From assembly GCF_006345805.1 (NCBI RefSeq), contig NC_042998.1:136896001-136960000 (forward strand): a stretch of 64,000 nucleotides of DNA, in the 5' to 3' direction. The DNA comes from Octopus sinensis (taxonomy: Eukaryota). The notes under the pieces are model-generated. The model was given only the letters and a program-made list of their open reading frames with translations, was not told the DNA's origin and made no database searches. Position 1 is the stretch's first letter. The number at the start of each line of letters is the position of its first letter. A program made the translations under genes and the position numbers. Shown here one piece after another: positions 13,943 to 27,975 of the stretch.

Positions 13943-14398
13943 TATATTTCACCTGTTATATGTATTGAATACTTTAACTCCCTTACAATGAAACTGCATT
14001 CCTGTCTTTTGTAACTCACGTGGTGAGATTTTGGAGGGAGATACGAATTCGCTCGTCTATATAAATGTGGATATGCTAGCGGACTGTTATATCGTTCGAT
14101 GTCGCCTGGTCGAGTATATAATTGGTGAGTTTTTTTCTAGCATTTCTAGATTTATGGGAAATATTATGTTGATAAGGAAATAAATTTACGATTCTAATCC
14201 AGAAACGATCGTCCATAATTAATCCTGTAGACTGTGTGATTTCGTTGTCTTCCTTCTTTTTACCATATATGGTAAATACTGTTGTTTGTGGAAACTTATT
14301 TTTGTAGTAATAGTAATAGTAGCCCATTTGACTGCTATTTCTAATATTTTCGGTATGTGGTTTAAGCAACGTGTTGCAAAAAAACCCTTTATTATAAT

Positions 14399-14477
<79 letters not shown>

Positions 14478-14559
14478 CTATTATACATTAAAAGTCAGTT
14501 TGAATCTTGCTTGCTTGTGACATTCAGTCCTTTCCAATTAACATAAAAGGTTTAATGAG

Positions 14560-14764
14560 CATAATGAAGATGTTTGGATGCGCAATTAAGTAAGGAGTTT
14601 AACATTTTCCTCTTGCAAACTAGAATTTTCTGGTTTCTGAAACTTCAATACTGATAGAGAAATTATTGATCTCATTAATAAATACAAACGATATGATTTA
14701 GTTTTACTGTTTATTTCAGTCGAGGATTGTTAGGATATATTAGATCTGTCGATGTTGAAATAGC
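14560..14764 (-). other. Probable 3'-UTR terminal exon of precursor A (intron 19647-14765)
   Basis: Donor GG|GTAACGTATCCAAT at 19647, same as gene B donor at 45508. Acceptor TTTTTTTTGTTCTTTTCAG|GCTATTTC at 14765; AATAAA at 14715-14710; visibly homologous to the exon at 47272. Distal end approximate. Confidence 0.65.
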
Positions 14765-15284
14765 CTGAAAAGAACAAAAAAAACCGATTAGGTTACTACA
14801 TAAAACAGCGTGCTTAAGAAAGCCTAAAACAATTTACTATAATTAATCTGCAGTTTTAAGCCTTGTGTAAAAAAATAGAAAAAAAAAAGAAAAAGAAAAA
14901 AGACAGATGTAAAAAGACTTATTTTCACATACAGAAAAATAGATTATTCTAGTTGGTATATAGATCTGTTTACCACTCATAATAAAGAAAAATACTCTTT
15001 TTAACACAAAGAGAACATTTAACATCTGCTATGTATTGCAAAAACAAGCTGCAATGTCTAGACTAATTTGCATAAATCGAGATCGTCGGCTGCGAGACTG
15101 AATACTATATATATTTTTATTGTATTGCTTCAGTCATTGGACTGTGGCCATGAAAAGGATATCATGTTGAAGGATTTAGTCTAACAAATCGTCTCCAGTA
15201 ACTATTTTTTAGTTAGGTACTGATTCAACAGGCGGACTTATTGTTGAATATCTAAGTTTCGAGGGGAAACACACACACACACAC

Positions 15285-15359
<75 letters not shown>

Positions 15360-17827
15360 CGTATGTATGTGATGGATTTCCACACAACTTCCGTCTATCA
15401 AATTCACTCACAAGGTTTTGGTCGGCCCGGGTCTATAATCAAGGTACCGTGCAGAGGAACTGGACCTGAAACCGCGTGGTTGCAAAGTAGGCTTCCTAGT
15501 AATGCGGCCATATCTGTGCCTAATAGATATTCATTCACAGTTCAACATGTATTAAATTAAGGCAAGTTTCAAGAAGCTAAGCTACATTTTAATTTTTTTA
15601 CCCTGACACTCTACACATATGTAATTACACGTCGTTATATTTTCGCACTCAAAACAGTAAAGATTTTCTTGACTTGTTTCATGGTTGGTTGACTAGTCGA
15701 GAACACATACATCCTTGACCTTTCTGTCCACGTACAAAGCTTATAACAATCATCATTAAAATGTAACATAATTCCGAATGCAAACCGGGCGTTCGTCGAT
15801 AGTGTGATTAAATAAGTCAGCGTGTAATAGAATTAAATTATATTTACAGTAGCAAAAATGCAGCTTGAAACTCTTGGCTGTGAGATCTTATTTGTTATCC
15901 GAAGAAAAAGGAAAACGTTCCTCATTACTTATAAATGACAAAATCAAAAGATCTACCCACAGCAATATTATTTCATCATGGAATATAGAAGAATCGTAAA
16001 TTGAAAACTCTATCGCTGGGTAGTCACAAAATTTTACTAGCTCTTTTCATAAATTTATAAGATACATTTATGACACAGAACATTTTATATAGACGTTTTA
16101 TCAAAATGCTTAATTCATGGAGTTTAATACTTCCCCTAGCTGTCTTTTCAACAGCCGACTGATGGTATATAAAGCATACGTTCAAACGAATAAGAAACAG
16201 AACTTAAGAATACTAGTGTGCGCTTGTTAATATCAGCCTTTAATCTGTAAATCCATATCAGTCAACCACGGTAGTGGTTGAATATATTCCTAAGTCCACC
16301 ATTTCGTCAATCGCAGCAACTTTCAGGCTTCACCACTTATTCAGTTCTCAACTACATTACAAAGTGTTAACAGTTTTAAAGAGGACACCTCCTCAGCTAC
16401 ACTTTGGCATAAATAGTTTGAGGTTTGGTTCAGTAGAAAAAAAATTACATCAAAATATCTGCGATCTCAAGGCGAGCAGTAAGGCTCCTATTCACCTTCA
16501 ATCAACATAAACTTTTTAATTTTAAATTCAAAGTATACCTTTCTTAGGCTTAAATGATAGAAAAATGCATGCGGAATTCAGAATCACTAGTCGCAATGAA
16601 CGAAATTTAGTAGAAAAACCGTAATGAGTTAAAATGTTACGAAATTTCCTGACAGTAAGTAAGGGAGTAACGCTTCAGCTATAAGAATAAAGAATATATT
16701 TCTAAATTCAATGTTTACTCTCCAAGGCGGCGAGCTGACAGAAACGTTAGCACCCCGGATGAAATGCTTAGCTGTATTTCGTCTGTTTTTACATTTTTTA
16801 GTTCAAATTTCGCCGAGGTCGTCTTTGACGTACATATTATTTCATCAATTTTTTTTTTTAATAAACACTTTCAAACTTCCGATACTGGTAGAATGTGTCA
16901 CATAGAACAGGGTATATTCTTAACGTTTTGGACGAAATTTTGCATTTAGAAGTTATTCTGTTAGAAGTTACAGAGACAATAGACAAATTCGTGTTTTGAT
17001 AAGTGCCAATACACGAAACTCTCAGCTTTTGACTTACTCTCTAACTTCTGCCGATGATATATGTACATATTACACATATGTGTAAAAAAATCTCATCACG
17101 CAATCGAACCAATGAAAGAGCCTCTATCTGGTCGCTCGGCACGCTAAAATAGCAGCCAAAGTATCCCCTTACCAAAATCACATGCACATTGTATGTAATG
17201 TCCTACATTATCCCTAAAAAGACGGTTTCCTGAAGGCTGGAATGTATTTGATGATAGGTTTGCAGTATCAGGGTTGATTTGAGTCTAAATAACAACAACA
17301 TTATGGTCAAGTTCTATATTAACACGCACACGATTTTCACTACGAAAAATATATTATTTTTTGTGTGGAATCAACTACCCTGACCTTCTAATATGCTGCA
17401 AATCTCTTATTTTGATTCGGAAAAAAATTAGGTGGGGTTCCTCCTATCACAGAATCATTGGAAATGTTTTTCGTTGAATGAATTCCTGTGACCTCCTAAT
17501 ATTGCAAAATTAGATTACTTAAGGTAAGCCTGGTAACTGATGGTTTTGGGGTCTTATTGTTTGTAACTTTTCGTGAGCCATGGTGCAACCAACAACGTGG
17601 TAAAAATCACTGCCATTAATTTGGTGTAGATGGGTAATATCAAATAATTCAATCACAACATATATTGAAATTAAACATGAAAAATATTGAAATATTATCA
17701 TCACTTACATGGAAAAATTGAAATAGTATCTTTCAGTATTTTATAAGGTAAATTATCTTTCAGTATTTTATGAGGCTAATTATCTTATAACAGCAATTCC
17801 TGGAAAAAATCATGGATTACATGGAAA

Positions 17828-18292
17828 GATGCGAGTATGAAAAGTATTATTCTTAAGATTATAAACCTAGAAAAGTACAGGACAAGTTAGTACACCTGTA
17901 AAAGTATAGGACAAACTATTACTTCAAGTAAAGTAAAGGATAAGAAACATTTTACTTAAAATATTGCAGCTAAAATTAAAATTTGAATATTAAAACTTAT
18001 TTTATTATAGTTTACAAATAACACTATACTTATTTGATTAGAATTTGGCTAATTTACTATCTTAATACAAAGAAGTGACTAATGAGACAAACAAATTAGC
18101 TGAACAGTTTTGTACAATAAATTTTAAAGATGAGAACTCTAATTAGAAGAACTGCAATATTTTAAGTAAAAAGTTTCTTATTCTTTACTTCACTTGAAGT
18201 AATAGTTTGTCCTATATATTTATCGGTGTAATAAGTTGTCCTGTACTTTTCCAGCTTTATAATCTTAAGAATATTACTTTTCATGCTCGCAT
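17828..18292. mobile_element. MITE with about 65-bp terminal inverted repeats
   Basis: ATGCGAGTATGAAAAGTATTATTCTTAAGATTATAA...GTACAGGACAA vs its reverse complement at about 18225-18292. Confidence 0.75.
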
Positions 18293-18295
18293 TTT

Positions 18296-19606
18296 TCTAT
18301 GTAATACAAAAATGTGTAATGGTGTCTGTCTGTGTGTGTGTTTGGGGTTACTCCTCCCACACCGTCCAACCGATTTTAATGATTTGGGGCACATAGGTAG
18401 ATCACATACCCTGAAGTTCAAATAAGGCCGGAATTTTTCGAAAACTCGATAATGCTTAGTTAGCGTCGATTTTTGTGAGCTCAATCGGACGTTTCAATGG
18501 AAATTTCCATAACGATGTTATTTTTCCTGCAGCTTTTGCATTTTTCCGATTTTGATGAAAATAGATGAGTGAGTGAGGCTCATGGCAGTGTGTTGATGTC
18601 AGTATATGGCGTTGAAAAAAAATCGGTAATTGCGTCTGAGCAGTGGTTTTATGAAATCAATAGGCCGTAACTTTTATATTTTTTATCCGATTTTAATGAA
18701 ATTTGAGCTGTAAGTAAATGTTGTGGTGCAAGAGATGGTAAAAATGTTTATTTAATTGAAAAGGACACAAATGCAAATAAGCATTTCCTTAGAGACATAC
18801 TTTTGTAGAAATTTTGTAGAATTTTGTAGAAATTTTGTAGATTTTGTAGAAATTTTATACGTGATTACGGTTCGTGTCCATTAGTCGATGCCAGCGTGAA
18901 CAGTTGACAAAAAATCGATAATTGCGCGTGAGCGGGGGATTTTAAGAAATCAATAGACCTTTTGTATGCAATTACCCATAGGATTGATATTTTATGCTGT
19001 AACTTTTACAGAATTCATCCGGTTTTTTGATGAAATTTGACATTTAGGTAAAGTTTATGATCGGAGTCATTTAGTAGAATTAAAATTAAACTGGTGAAAG
19101 ACAGAAATTGTCAAAATTCTCTCATAATAAAAATAATGAACTGATTTTGAAGAAAATTGACCTATGAGTAAAATTAAACATCTCGACATATAAAACATCG
19201 ATTATTCGTATAATGAATTGGGATTTAAAAATCAAAAGAATATTTTCATGTGAATGGGTCACATGAATTCTATTTTATAACGCAACCTTAACATTTTTCT
19301 TCGGATTTTGCTGATATTGGACACGCTGATCAATTTTGTACATAGGGTGGAATTAAGGGGAGAGAAATAGACAAACATCACTCTCAACAGGTCGAGCTAC
19401 ACCCAAAAGTTTAACTGCGATTTCAGACGGTCCAGTTAGTAGGAGTTTGTCAAAAGCGTTAACCAGGTAAAATCCCTTGCCGAACCAGATATAAAATCTC
19501 AATGGGTAAAAGATGACACGGGGAACGTAGAAGATTTCAATACAAGGTCAGAGGTGGGCTTAACTTCAACACGGAAAACACGAGCAACACCGGGCCCAAC
19601 AGCTAG
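18296..19606 (+). mobile_element. Helitron-like element in the 3'-UTR intron of gene A
   Basis: 3' end CGAGCAACACCGGGCCCAACAGCTAG|T; 5' end approximate. Confidence 0.6.
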
Positions 19607-19658
19607 TTAATATATAAAGCCATATTTAATTTTATTGGATACGTTACCCTGTAAAGTT

Positions 19659-19928
19659 TCAGCCAGCCACATTGCCAACTTTGATAACTCGACAATTACG
19701 TATTCCATAGCAAGGACTTTTTGTAGTGGTTGGACGATACTTTGGTCTTCGAACAAGACGTTTTTCTCTGTTAGAAAACATAGCACTGCGTTTTTCTAGA
19801 GAGAAAGCATCACGAAGACCTCCAGCTCCAGACAGGTTATCTTCGTACAAAATTTCACTCCTTGCAATGCACGTCTCCAGAAGCCCAACCAGGAGGACTG
19901 CATAAATTAAACTGACAATTTTAACCAT
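19659..19928 (-). CDS. Unrecognised secreted peptide precursor A (DAFSLEKR family); predicted cationic, single-disulfide, amidated C-terminal peptide
   Basis: MVKIVSLIYAVLLVGLLETCIA-RSEILYEDNLSGAGGLRDAFSLE-KR-SAMFSNRE-KR-LVRRPKYRPTTTKSPCYGIRNCRVIKVGNVAG-stop. Hydrophobic signal, two KR sites, terminal Gly; TATAAAA 19970-19964; paralogous to the 44994 gene. Confidence 0.8.
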   Translation of the reverse strand: MVKIVSLIYAVLLVGLLETCIARSEILYEDNLSGAGGLRDAFSLEKRSAMFSNREKRLVRRPKYRPTTTKSPCYGIRNCRVIKVGNVAG

Positions 19929-19963
19929 GTTGAACACGTTTAGTATTGTCTGTTTCAACTCTC

Positions 19964-20330
19964 TTTTATAGCATTGATTCAGTCATTGTTCTGTCGCATA
20001 TTCATTTTTATGCACGTGTTTGGCTGAAATTTTATTGATCCTTTGCTATACCCTCGTGCGCTCAGTAAGCAGTGTTAAAACAGCTTACATTGCAAATATT
20101 GTTGTTTACATCTGTTGCTCACAGATTAAGTGTATTACAACAATCCAATTTATTCTATTATTTTAGATTACAAAAGGCTCTACTACTTAAGAAATCATCA
20201 CTGTAAGTGTGTGTTGGATTATATTGATATCCTTCGCTGTATCTCGCTGTATTAAGGGAAAGCCAGTCGAACACGTTTTTGATGAATAGTTTTCCATTGT
20301 TAAAAGATAATTTAAAAAGTATTTGAAATG
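19964..20330 (-). promoter_or_regulatory. Promoter/upstream region of precursor A
   Basis: TATA at 19970-19964; 19964-20125 aligns with 44775-44943 (gene B promoter) and 20121-20330 aligns with 51111-51290. Confidence 0.65.
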
Positions 20331-20371
20331 CTAATAATTTTGGTAGAAAGGAAACCTAAAATATTGGGTAA

Positions 20372-21190
20372 TATGCAAGGTTCATTCCAGAAGTTTTCAG
20401 ACTTTTCAGGAGAAACATTCATTTTAGAGTAGTACAAAGCTCTTATTTACTTCGAGGCAGGGTCTTCTGACTTCAATGCACTTGCTGTAGCGTTCCAGGT
20501 ATTTCGTGAAGGCCCCATGGATTTTCTTCAAAGTGGAGGTCTTCATGACAAGAGTCCTGGATACCTTCACTTTGGGAGACTTCATCCTCAAAACGACTGC
20601 CATTGGAGTTTTCCTTCAGCTTGGGAAACGTCCAAAAGTCACAGAGAACAAGATCAGGACAGCAGGAAGACTGAGAGACAGTTTTGATGCCCGTCTCTGT
20701 CAAGTAGTTGGTCACCAGGATGCTCATTATCGAACACCTTGGGAACAAACTTTTGAACATGTTCAGATTTTAAAGAAAAAAACCTTTGTCACAATCACTC
20801 CAAAATGTAAGTTTATTGTCTATGCAGACACACGACGGTCTTCATCAAGTAATTTGCGAATTCTTTTCAACAACCTTTGATGCTCTGACATCCGTCTTCC
20901 TCCTACACCTCTTATCGTTACTTTTATCTTTCTACCGTCCTTGAAATTCCTGTGCCAGCGAAAAAAGTTTATTCAAAAGCGACCTGGGAGCATTTCATAA
21001 TGTTCAGTAGTGCTTATACCAAGTTTAACACAAAACTTTATTGCATAACGAACTTCCAAAATGTCCCGACTGCATTCTGCTAACTAACAAACAAGGAATA
21101 TTTAGTAGGTTGTGTTTAAAGTGCTGCTGCAACCGTCTCCTTCAATCTGGAATAACAAAAGCTGGCCGGTTATCTTATGCATCTGATTCA
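20372..21190 (-). mobile_element. Mariner-like remnant
   Basis: CPDLVLCDFWTFPKLK (SPDLAPCDF motif). Confidence 0.7.
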
Positions 21191-24170
21191 TAATATATAG
21201 TAATGATATATTAAAGTTACAATAATAAAGCATAGATATAACTCGCGGTCGGAGGATTGCGATTTCGATTCCCAGACCGGGTGTTGTGTGTGTTTATTGA
21301 GCGAAAACATCTAAAAGTTCACAAGGCTCCGGGAGTGGGTGGGGGTGACCCCTGTTGTACTCTCTCGCCTCAACTTTCTCTCACTCTCTCTTCCTGTTTC
21401 TTGAGTAACTCTGCGATGGACTGGCGTCCCGTCCAGCTGAGGGGATCACATACGCCACAGAAACAGGGAAGCCGGACCCATGAACCTGGCTAGGCATGAA
21501 AAGGGCGACGTTTATCGTTTTTTTTCTCTGGTGGGAATGGTTCAATAAAAAAAATGTTCATTTGAATATCTTTATACATTTCTCCAAACGTACATTTGTA
21601 TTTCTGAGATTTACCTATCGGGAAGGTTTTCCAATAAAATTAACAGCCAAGCTAATGGCATTTTTTCCACAACTTTGTACATCTTCAGTTGTAATATGGT
21701 GAAAACAATAAAAATAAGTAACCTATCGGATATGTGGTTTTCTTGTGGATCTTCAGATGCAATATTACTTGGCTTACTTACAAGGAAAGAAACTTGGAGG
21801 ACTTCTAGACTACAATTACTTATCAGTTTGAATGATTAAATATATATTCTATTAGTGACATGCTAGCAACCGTTCTATTTCGTATGTTAATGCAGTATTG
21901 TTGTAATCTTGATTAATCATAGAAATGTCTGCTAGATTAATTGTTTGTTAATATATGCACAAGGGAAATTTAATGAGGAAGAAGTTAGTTGATTACATAG
22001 ATCAAGTACATGGCTGGTACTTTATTTAATCTCAGACGGACAAAAGGTAAAAGCGATCTCGGTGATATCTTAAGTCAAGATGTAAAAAGCTGGAAAAAAT
22101 GCCATAAGTCTCTGATGCTGTTGTCAATCCACCACCCAACAAATGTAGAGAACTTGAAAATTAAATCAGTTAATTTTCTATTCCCTATTTTTGTTTACGA
22201 TGTTTTACACAATTGATATGAGAAATGTTCCCAGCTACTAGATAATCCGATATCAACGTAATTATTAACTGATGGATTAATGTATAATAATCTGAAGTAT
22301 TACTGAGATTGGAAGGCACTGATTCGAATCTATTATCCTGTTGTATTTGATTTTCCTAATTATTAATTGAATTCTGTGATGATTGGACTTGAACATTCCA
22401 TAATGCATTCTGTTTAGAGACATAATATCTGGATTGTGTATGTTCAACAATATTTTGTTACAAGTGAATGAGTCTGCAAGATGTTTCAGATAATACTTAA
22501 TATTTATGTAAGTGGCGGAAGTTGAGTTTGCTGTCCCTCAATCTGGGGTCATTAAAAGGAGTATTATTCAAGTGCTGAGGTAATTAAAATGCATACATAA
22601 ATTTGTGGCTAACTTAGACATGGAAATCTGCATTTTATCAAATGTAACAATGATTCAAAGGATCAGTAAAGAAAGGGAAGATAACGGTTTCTTCATCTAG
22701 ATCGATGCAGTGTAACAAGTTGTTAGATGCTTTACATTCAGCAGACAATTTTAGTTCTGTCGTGACTACGGAGGATCATTATGCCAATATTATTAACACA
22801 CGCACTGGTTCAATTCCATCCTTTTATTATTGGTCAGTTGGATAAATATCCGACTAACTAATCGATTGTTTGTTAAATTTGGTTGAACAGTAAGTCATTT
22901 GTTTTGGTTTTGTTTGTCAAAGCTCTTTCGTTGCTACCTGCAACCTTTTCAATCACTTTCGACTTCGTCCGCTACAGAGATTCCGTTTGTCTGCTTGCGA
23001 CCTTGTTGCATGCGCGCGCGTGTATACCAGTGTGCGCGTGTGTACATGCATGCGTATATATGTATGAACGTATTCTACTGTGTATTCATGTGTCTGTGGG
23101 TGTGCGTGCTTGTGTGTTTGTTATGTGTGTGTGTGTGTTTATCTGTGTACTTCTGCTTCCTTGTGGGTGCGTGCTTGAGTGTGTCTATGCGTATGAGATT
23201 GTGTGTGTGTGTGTGTGTATGTGTGTGTGTGTGTACACGCACGCACGTCTGTTGTGTAGACATGTGTACCTATATATGTCCGTGTGTATGCCTGTGTGGA
23301 GTGTATATGTCTGTATATTCATGTTTCTGCCTTTTTGTGTGTGTCTGCTATTGCGTATGTGTACGTGCGTGACTGTCCGTACTACCTATGTATCTAACTA
23401 CCTACTTACGTACATATCTATCTCTCTATCTATCGACCTACCTATCTACCTACATAATTTATTAAGTAACTAACAATCTATATAACTAGCTACCCACCTT
23501 CCTTCCTACCTACCTACCAACCTACCTACCTACCTACCTACCTACCTACCCATTTATCTACTTGACTGCCTACTTACGAATGGACCTATGTATGTATGCT
23601 GCATGAGTGGTATATGTGGCATTGGCGTATCCTTAATTTCTACGTGTATTTCCTATTTAGTATGGATAATATTTCATTTGTATTTGTCTCTTGGGTTTTT
23701 GTACAAAATGTGGGTGTCAATTCGGTCCTGCGAGCCACCATGCTGGTCTTTGGTATGTTGATAGAGTACGGACGACTGTTTCTTGTCCGTATACTCTCTC
23801 CAGTATCCGTTTAGCCACTCCATTATACCCTAGAATTCTTCTCAATATATACCGTGTTTCTGTCCTTACAGACTCTTTTCAAGCCCCTTATGCTGTAGAC
23901 TATGTTCCTAGTTTTACAGTTAATATTGGGGTTAAATTTTCATACTACATAGTTCTCATTAATGCATATGGTATTTTCGAAGGGGTGTGTTCTATATAAT
24001 TGTGACCTGATGGACTTCCCTGGCTTCTTAACGACCTTAATGTTGAGTCTGGTATTCTTCAGAGCCATCCTAGATCTATGGGCTAATTCCCCATGATTTA
24101 CATTTTATATTTAAATTACTTTTATTGTCAATAGATTACGTATGCACAGACAAAATTTGAGTTATAGCAT

Positions 24171-25800
24171 GTCACATCTTCTAGAGTTTTGATAGCCACG
24201 AATAATTTTTCGTCAGCGGTGTAGCTCGTGAGTTGGCCGATAAAACTTGTGAGGGTGATGATAAATAAGAATGGTCCTAGAACCGTGCCATGTGGAATAC
24301 CATTTACTACGAGTGACTTTGCGGAGAGAAAAACGCTTGCAACAACAGATTGATTCTTATTCCATAACAAGCCATTCTCCGAGTTTTCTTGTTATACTAA
24401 GATCTTTAGATATGACAGGTGATTCTATGCTAAGTTATGTCAAACGCTTAAGCAAAATCGAGGTATGTACAGTCAGTGTTCATTCCTCTCATGAGATAAT
24501 TGTGGATAGTATCAAGGTGATGTTATAGTTGTGACAGGCAACATCGTCCGGTCCGAAAACCATGCTGTGTGTTATTTATGAGTTTTTTTCCTCGCTATTG
24601 TATGTAAGTATTCTCTTATCAGATAATGTGATAAACAATTTTAGAGGATGTAAAAGAAGCATGTCTGTAAATTTTAGCTTCAGCCCAACTACCTCCTTTG
24701 TATATTGATGTTAGTATTAAGTCTCTCACTAGTTCAGAGAATCAGCTGGCATTTAGCAACTTTCGAAATAGCATCTTTAATGGCTTGGTCAGGCTGGTTT
24801 AGCACGTTTTTACTGATATTAATTTTTAGACGTTTTCAGTAGTATCCATTTCTAGACGTACCTTTGCAGTTGAATTGTGCAGATCAAAGTATTCATTTGG
24901 ATTATATAATATTTTGTTCATTATAGGTTGGGAAAAAGCAGTTATATTTTTTACTCAAGAGTGTGAGTATTTGTGATGAGTCACTTGTTTTTGAGCCATT
25001 TTGGCGCATTAGGGAGACCGATCTGGTCACGTGTAGATGATTTTTGTTTGGCAAATTGGAAAAAGGACTCAAGATTCTATCTTATATTCTTCACTGCTCT
25101 GTGTCCTTTTAGTGAAGTTTCTGTTTCACAAGATACTTTTTGGTCTATTTCAATGTTTCCTTATTTTTTCTTAAAATCTCATCTGCTGAATTTTTTTTTT
25201 AGTTGTTTTGTCAATTTGGTTCTGTTATACATTAGTATCAGTCAGACTCGTGGAATCAAGTTCTTTCAGAAATAGGCGAGTTTCTATGGGGTATAGTTTC
25301 GACAAATTTTTATTAACCTTTCGTACGGAAACTTCATCCCCTCGTTAACATTAAGGTTGCCGATATGCCGAGACCAGTTTGTCTTTGAGGATTACAGTAT
25401 CGATTTCTTTCCACCTGGTCATCTTGAAATTCAGAGTCATGAAGAGTGAATCATGTTTGAAATAGTATGTGTTGCTGTCTATGAACCATATATAAATAAA
25501 TTACATAATGTTATGATCGGAGATAGCTGTTGGAATGAGCTGAACATTGTGAATGAAGTATATATTGTTGGTAAAGACTAGATCAAGTATGTTATTTCCC
25601 TAGCTGGAGAAGTAATCACTTGTTGCTGTAGGCCTTCTTTAGTGGTATTAGTTGTACTGTTAGATATATTTATGGGTAATCTGGTTTGTAGCTGATGACT
25701 TTGCTATAATTTTATGACACACAAATGTCACTGTATGGTGAACTCATTTTAATATCCCGTCTAATGAAAGTTCTGTGCCGATAAAAGAGTTGCAAGGTGT
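24171..25800 (-). mobile_element. CR1-clade LINE remnant (duplicate of 7552-9150)
   Basis: VNGIPHGTVLGPFLFIITL ORF; identity to copy 1. Confidence 0.8.
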
Positions 25801-25967
25801 GTAGACCTGATCAGTTGGAAGCGCACCGTAAGTTAAAACTTATGTCTGTCACGAATGCATCTGAACTAAATAGTCATCTCAGAGGTAACAGAGGAAAAGT
25901 GAGAGATGGCTCTGACAACGAAGAACGATGAAACCAATCATTTGATAAGATGGGGCCAATCACCACA

Positions 25968-26082
<115 letters not shown>

Positions 26083-26741
26083 GAAATTAATTATATGGCC
26101 AATCATAGAGGGACCAATGATTTCGCATCCGTAAAGCGCATAGCCTTATAGACGGATCGTCGGACTCTAACGGCCGCAGGCATATAACCTCGTTTCAATT
26201 TGAAGATAGAGAAACGTTAAAGTTGGTCAATTTGAACAAATATATATATCGTTCAAGCATTGGGTGGGATGGGGTTGTCGCCCTTACATCTGTTGATTCG
26301 GCAAATTTTTACTGCACTTATGAACGAACGTAGAGTCCCACGCTTGTGGGAGGTAGCAATTAAGATGCGGACAAGGATTAGATCGACGCCAGTACGCAAC
26401 TGGTACTTAATTTATTATAGACCCCGAAAGGATGAAAGGCAAAGTCGTGATTTGACAAAACAGTTGGAAGTTTCTCTGGTTTTAATTTCGAAGGTCATCA
26501 CTGGTGACGAAAGCCGGTGCTACGGAATTTGCAGATGTGGAAGAAGCGAAGAAAAAACTGACGGAGCCGTGAAAAGGCATCACTTCGCAAGAGTTCAAAC
26601 ACTGCTTCGAATAGTGGAAAATGTGCCTGGACCGATGCATTGATTCAAATAGAGAATACTTTCAAGGCGATAAAAGTGTAAACGGGAAAATCTAAGCGAA
26701 TAAAATAATATTGCAAAATTCCGGTTTCCTTTGGGTACCCC

Positions 26742-26815
<74 letters not shown>

Positions 26816-26831
26816 ATATATTATATATATA

Positions 26832-26871
<40 letters not shown>

Positions 26872-27940
26872 TTTCTACCCTTTCGTTGCAATTTCGTATC
26901 AAACTAGAAAACCAAAATCAACATAATCAGTAGTATATGTTGACACGCAAAAAATATTGTGAATTAGTTTGATCATTACAAAATATTGTGCTATTCACAC
27001 AATATTTCATGTTGTTGATTAACCTCAACCCCTAATGCTGCAGGCAATTCTCAATTGTATAGAGGTTTCTTTCTATCTCGCGTCGTCTTTTCTTTTTAAT
27101 TGGCAAGATCGTTAGCATACCAGGCAAAATGCTTTGTGGCATATCGTCCGTCTTTACATTCTGAATTCAAATTCCACTGATGTCGATTTGGTCTTTCATC
27201 ATTTCGGGGCTGATAAAATAAGTAACAGTTGAGCTCTTGGTCCATGGAAACGACCTAGCGTCTTCCCTGAATTTGCTGACCTTATGTCAAAATTTGAAAC
27301 CATTATGTTCCGTTGCCTTCTTATAGGTAATTTCTAGTCTTTAGTTGGTAAGATTGCCCCACGTGCTTAACCCAAGTATATTAATAGCCTCCTGTTTACC
27401 TTTGTATAATAACAAAATGTTCACTTTTCTACCATTAACAAAATTTCATTGTAAGTCCTTAGCTATAAACATCCCGTTTGGATGTACTGAAAGGTTTGTC
27501 ATGCAACTCGAAGCATCCAAATGCTCGGATGTTTTTGTAGTCTCCCCTGAGAAGTTTTATGTAATGTGGTTTTGCGTCAGTCATTAACATGGAACCATTT
27601 TCGATCTTTGAAACGTGTTGAATTCCATTGTTTCTCTCATACATACACACACTTCGAAAATTATCGTTCTAGGGGATGAATTCACTGATGAGGTAACAAG
27701 AAAATGAAATTTGCAACGTATGCGATTTATCCTGACACAGTATGATCAGGAATAACATCCACATAGGTTTATGAAACCTAGAAGGAATCTAAATCCTGCT
27801 GATGAAAACTTAATCTAGATGAATGAGCTAATTTGTGTGTCAGAATGAATCAGGGAACTCAGTACAATACTGACACTACCACTATGTTAAGGGAACGTAA
27901 ACAGGCTAACACCAGTTCCGAAGCTGTGGTGGACACAATC

Positions 27941-27975
<35 letters not shown>

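Noticed and set aside
19794-19817. DAFSLE as a relic of eledoisin-like DAFIGLM
   Set aside because: Only three residues match, the spacing differs from the tachykinin position, and there is no amidation Gly.
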